A stretch of DNA of 64,000 nucleotides, taken from positions 128,001-192,000 of the forward strand of contig CAVRZA010000004.1 in NCBI GenBank assembly GCA_963725665.1, given 5' to 3'. This DNA is from an uncultured Actinomycetes bacterium (lineage in GTDB: Bacteria; Actinomycetota; Thermoleophilia; UBA2241). The notes under the pieces were generated by a model. It was given only the letters and a program-made list of their open reading frames with translations. It did not search any database and was not told where the DNA came from. The translations under genes were made by a program, and so were the position numbers. Positions 59,964 to 64,000 of the stretch are shown one piece after another; position 1 is the first letter of the stretch; every line of letters starts with the position of its first letter.

Positions 59964-61605
59964 ATGGCAGACACGACAGCAGGCGCACCGATGGAGAAGA
60001 CGCTGTTCGTGCGCAAAGCGAGCGGCCTTGTCAAGGGCTGGTCGACGACAGACGGATTCAGGTACTCGTTCTTCTCCACCAACATCTTCCTCGGGATCTT
60101 CGGCTTCACCTACGCCGTCTTCATCCCCGGCGGCAGCCTCTTCTGGGCCGTCGTCATCACGACGGCCCTCGTGCTGCTCGAGGTCGTCGTGTACGCGGGG
60201 CTGATCTCGGCGATGCCACGTGCCGGCGGCGACTACGTGTGGCAGACGCGCGTGTTCCACAGCTCGGTCGGCTTCGTCCTTGGTGCGACCGGCTGGTGGT
60301 TCATCCTCTGGCTGTGGATCCCCCTGTACGCGGCGCTCTGCGTCAACCAGTTCATCATCCCGCTGCTAAGGATCGTGGGCTGGGGCAGCGCCGCCGACTG
60401 GCTGTTCACCAGCAACGGCATCTTCGTGGCGTCGCTGGCGACGATCGCCCTGGCGACCTACCTGGTCGCCATCGGCATGAAGTCCTACGCGACCTTCCAG
60501 AAGTGGGCCCTGTGGATCGGCTTGGCCGGCATGCTCGTGGGCGGCATCCTCCTGCTGGTCAACTCGAAGGCGAATTTCATCGCCGCCTTCAACCGCGAGA
60601 ACCTTCAGCTATACGGGGTCACAGGCGCGTACGGGAAGACGCTCGCCGCCGGCGGCGAGGGCATGCCCACGTCGATGTTCTCCGGTGCGGCGTGGGACAC
60701 GCTGAAGCTGATGCCCTTCATGCTGTTCTGGCTGCTTGTGGCCGAACTGGGGCGCTACCCTCTACGGCGAGGTCCGCGGCGCCAAGGACTTCCGCAAGAA
60801 CCTCTACCAGATGGGCGGCGGTCTCCTGGCGGCGGCTGCCATCGGACTTGTCTTCCTGGCGCTGGTCAGCAAGACGATGGGCTTCAAGTTCTTCATGGCC
60901 GGCAACAACGGCTACGAGGGCGTCATCTACGGCTACATCCCCGCGACGCCGCAGGGGGGCGAGTACCTCTCACCTACGGCGATGACGGCCTGGCTCGTCA
61001 ACAACTCGGCCTTCCAGGTCATCCTCATCGCGGCCATCTCCCTCCTTGTGTTCGGGTGGTGGGGGACGGTGTTCCTCTCGTCGACGCGCATGATCTTCGC
61101 GTCGGCCTTCGACCGCATCCTGCCGGAGCGGGCGGCGGCGGTCACAAAGGGCGGCGTGCCCTACGTGGCGCTGCTGCTCATGGCCATCCCGTCGGTCATC
61201 GTCTCGGCCTTCTACGCCTACGCGGACTGGTTCATCAAGCTCACCTACGACGCGACCCTGGTGATCGCCATCATGTTCCTCGGGTCCGGCCTCGCGTTCA
61301 TGATCATGCCGTGGCGCACCAAGGCTATCTGGGTGGCCTCAGCCCTGCCCAAGGCCAAGATCGCAGGCATCCCGGTGATGGCGATCGCCGCGGCCGGCTA
61401 CTCCGCGTTCCTCGCCTTCAACCTCTACCTGTGGTTCTACGATCCGACCAACACGTACGGCGTCGGCTACAAGAACAGCAACTCACTCATCTTCATGGCG
61501 ATCCTGTACGTCAGCGCGATCGTCATCTGGGTGGTCGCCTGGGTGGTGCGCAAACGCCAGGGCATGGCGCTCGAGGCGGTGGCGAAGGAGATCCCAGTCG
61601 AGTAA
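59964..61605 (+). CDS. APC family amine/amino acid permease with a +1 frameshift near 60735 (about 546 aa if corrected)
   Basis: LFVRKASGLV, MPRAGGDYVW, then LWPNWGATLYGEVRG, RMIFASAFDRILP and EIPVE* in the second frame. Confidence 0.8.
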
Positions 61606-61699
61606 CTGAGACGGACTGGGGCCGCAGCGCCCCTCTGATCGTTGTGCGGGCGGCGGCTCGGCTGGTACAGCCGAGCCGCCGCCACGAGAAGGAGGTTGC

Positions 61700-63106
61700 A
61701 TGAAGATACTGACGAGGCTGGGCGACAACTCCAACGTCGAGCTGACGCGGGAGGAGTTGCGCAAGGAGCTCGAGGAGGGCACGCAGGCCGCGGCGACCAA
61801 GGCCAAGATCGCCCCGCTCACCGAGAACGAGCTCGACTACCTCGAGGAGATGTTCGTCTGTCCCAGCCGCATCTGGGGCGTCGAGCGCGGCCACGAGGTG
61901 GTCATGACCAAGGACGGCTGCGTCAACGCGCTCAACTCGTCGCGCATGTCGAGCGGCGTCGCGGCGCCCGTCAACCGCGAGGTGGGGGTGCGCCTCTTCG
62001 AGTCGATGCTGGGCTTCGACTCGATGGAAGTCTCGCACAACGACTACTCGGTCAAGCCGCAGCGCTTCCTCAAGGCGCTCGAGCAGGTGCATATGGAGCT
62101 CCTGCAGGAGACGACGATCTTTCCCCTGCTCTACGGCTTCATGCCGAACTTGGGCCTCTACTACCGGCCCGACGGCTCCTTCCCCAACCCCTCCGACCTG
62201 CTGCCGATGGGCAAGATCGACGAGGCTCGGCAGACGCAGGAAGAGGCCCTCGAGGCTTGCCAGGCGGACTGCATCGAGATGAGCGACTGCATGCTCGAGA
62301 TGGGTGCCGACGGCATCGACTACGACACCGTGGCGTCGACCGGCGACGCGGAGTTCCTGGCGGTGCTGCGCACGACCGAGCATGTGGCGAACGAGACGGG
62401 GCTGCCGGTCGAGATCGGCATGTCGGCCGAGATGGTGCTCGGCTTCCACGGCCAGCTCGAGTACGACGGCGTGCGCCTGGCCGGCCTGTGGCCGCACCAG
62501 CAGGTGCAGCTCTGCGAGAAGGCCGGCTGCACGATCTTCGGCCCGGTCGTCAACACCAACACGAGGAAGACCATCCCCTGGAACCTGTCGCGGGCCGTCA
62601 CCTTCGTCAAGGCCTGCACCGACATCGCCAAGATCCCCGTGCACGCCAACTGCGGCATGGGCGTCGGCGGCGTGGCCATGTTCGAAACGCCCGCCGTCGA
62701 CGTCGTGACGCGCGCCGGCGCGGCCATGGTCGAGATCGGCCGCGTCGACGGGTTGTAGGTGGGCACGGGCGACCCGGCCGGGATGCACACGGCGCATCTG
62801 TTGGCCTCGTCGATGGGTGGCATCAGGGCTGCCGGAGATCTGGTGGCGAGGATGCAGCTCAGCAAGAAGATGAGGATCGACGATGCCAAGCGGTACGTGG
62901 CCGACAAGCTCCATGTGAGCCCGCTCGACCTCTCCGACCCGACGGTGATGAGGCTCCTGCGCGAGGAGCTCGACATCGGCGTGGTCACGGCCGTCCCCGG
63001 CATCGCCAAGGGCATGGCGGCCAAGGTGCGCATCGCCGAGCTGCTCGACATCGAGATCAACTCGGTCGAGCAGTTCAAGAAGAAGACGGGCCTGCGCAGC
63101 GTGTAG
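61700..63106 (+). CDS. mtbB: Dimethylamine:corrinoid methyltransferase with in-frame amber codon (pyrrolysine, residue 353), 468 aa
   Basis: [99 protein letters not shown]; AAGGAGG RBS. Confidence 0.92.
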
Positions 63107-63124
63107 ACCGCAAGTGCGGCGAGA

Positions 63125-63272
63125 CGTCGGCGCCCCTGCCGGGGCGCAAGCGCCGTTAGGCGAATGCAGAACGCGCGAGCGTGGGCGCGCGGGGTCGGGC
63201 TGCGGCGAGCGTCGGCGCCCCTTCCGCGGTGCACGCCGCCAGCCGAGTGCAGTTAGGCGAATGCAGAACGCG
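63125..63272. repeat. Two degenerate direct repeats sharing the exact 21-mer GTTAGGCGAATGCAGAACGCG
   Basis: 21-mer at 63155-63175 and 63252-63272; CGTCGGCGCCCCT at 63125 and 63210. Confidence 0.8.
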
Positions 63273-63273
63273 G

Positions 63274-63306
63274 GAGGGGCCGGGCCGTACGGCGGCCCGG
63301 CCCCTC
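63274..63306. terminator. 14-bp hairpin between convergent mtbB and tkt
   Basis: GAGGGGCCGGGCCG-TACGG-CGGCCCGGCCCCTC. Confidence 0.7.
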
Positions 63307-63334
63307 GCGCGGAATCGGCCTCGTGTGCCGGCTA

Positions 63335-64000
63335 TCAGCCGCCAACGGGAGCCGTCTGCGCCTTGCTCAGCAGAGCCTTGGCGCGCTGGTAGACGTTCTC
63401 GGCGGTGAAGCCGAGCTGCTCGAAGATCGTGCCGCCCGGCGCCGAGGCGCCGAAGCGGTCGAGGGTGATGAGCTCGCCCTCGTCACCGATCCAGCGGTGC
63501 CAGCCTAGGCTCGCTGCGGCCTCGACGGCGAGGCGGCGCCGGCAGGACGCGGGCAGGACGCTCTCGCGGTAAGCCTCGTCCTGGCGTGCGAACAGTGTGA
63601 ACGAGACCATGTTGACGAGGCGCGAGCGCACGCCCTCGGCCGCGAGTCGCTCGTGGGCGGCGAGAGCGTGCTGTACCTCGCTGCCGCTGGCGATGAGGAT
63701 GATGTCCGGTGTGCCTGCGCCGTCGGCGTCGGCGAGCACGTAGGCGCCGCGCGCCAAGCCGCTCGCCGGGGCGTAGACCGCGCGGTCGATGATGGGCAGG
63801 TTCTGCCGCGTCAGCATGAGCCCCGTGGGACCGTCGTTGCGCAGGGCGATCTTCCAGGCCTCTACCGTCTCGTTCGCGTCCGCGGGGCGGATGTCGGTGA
63901 AGCCGGGAGTCGCACGCATCATGGCGAGATGCTCGATCGGCTGGTGGGTGGGTCCGTCCTCGCCGAGGCCTACGCTGTCGTGCGTGAGCACGTAGACGAG
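63335..64000 (-). CDS. tkt: Transketolase, C-terminal part (5' end outside window)
   Basis: THDSVGLGEDGPTHQPIEHL, RPADANET, ASGSEV, AVEAA, RFGASAP. Confidence 0.95.
   Translation of the reverse strand, partial: LVYVLTHDSVGLGEDGPTHQPIEHLAMMRATPGFTDIRPADANETVEAWKIALRNDGPTGLMLTRQNLPIIDRAVYAPASGLARGAYVLADADGAGTPDIILIASGSEVQHALAAHERLAAEGVRSRLVNMVSFTLFARQDEAYRESVLPASCRRRLAVEAAASLGWHRWIGDEGELITLDRFGASAPGGTIFEQLGFTAENVYQRAKALLSKAQTAPVGG

Noticed and set aside
62759-63106. Independent 115-aa gene after the TAG
   Set aside because: It is the conserved C-terminal part of MtbB, contiguous and in frame, without its own RBS
63125-63272. Possible mini-CRISPR array
   Set aside because: Only two 21-bp repeats, a 76-bp partly repeated spacer, and no cas genes in the window

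Overview
High-GC bacterial chromosome segment, probably Actinomycetota and most like Thermoleophilia (inference from UPF0182, the FtsH sequence style and leaderless -10/GTG starts). It holds about 50 CDS, tRNA-Gly(GCC) and tRNA-Cys(GCA). Two observations stand out. (1) A full-length dimethylamine methyltransferase gene (mtbB, 61700-63106) is split in the ORF track by an in-frame TAG at codon 353 in the context DGL-[TAG]-VGTGDP, which matches the pyrrolysine site of archaeal MtbB. It ends an apparent metallophosphoesterase / APC permease / mtbB operon, in a window where TAG is also a common ordinary stop. (2) A 289-bp non-coding element occurs twice (50279-50567 and 54882-55170, 2 mismatches). 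On the minus strand it folds by eye into a nested multi-stem RNA with UUCG/GNRA tetraloops, and I cannot assign it to a known family. Other notable items: a Nif3-RNase HI fusion, a Fic-nucleotidyltransferase fusion, an ECF sigma-ZAS-TM fusion, a ThiF + N-acyl amino acid synthase pair beside a c-di-GMP cluster, three sigma-28/WhiG-type promoters, and dhaKL with a DhaM-HPr-EI fusion. Several single-base frameshifts may be sequencing errors. All calls come from motif recognition by eye; no searches were run.
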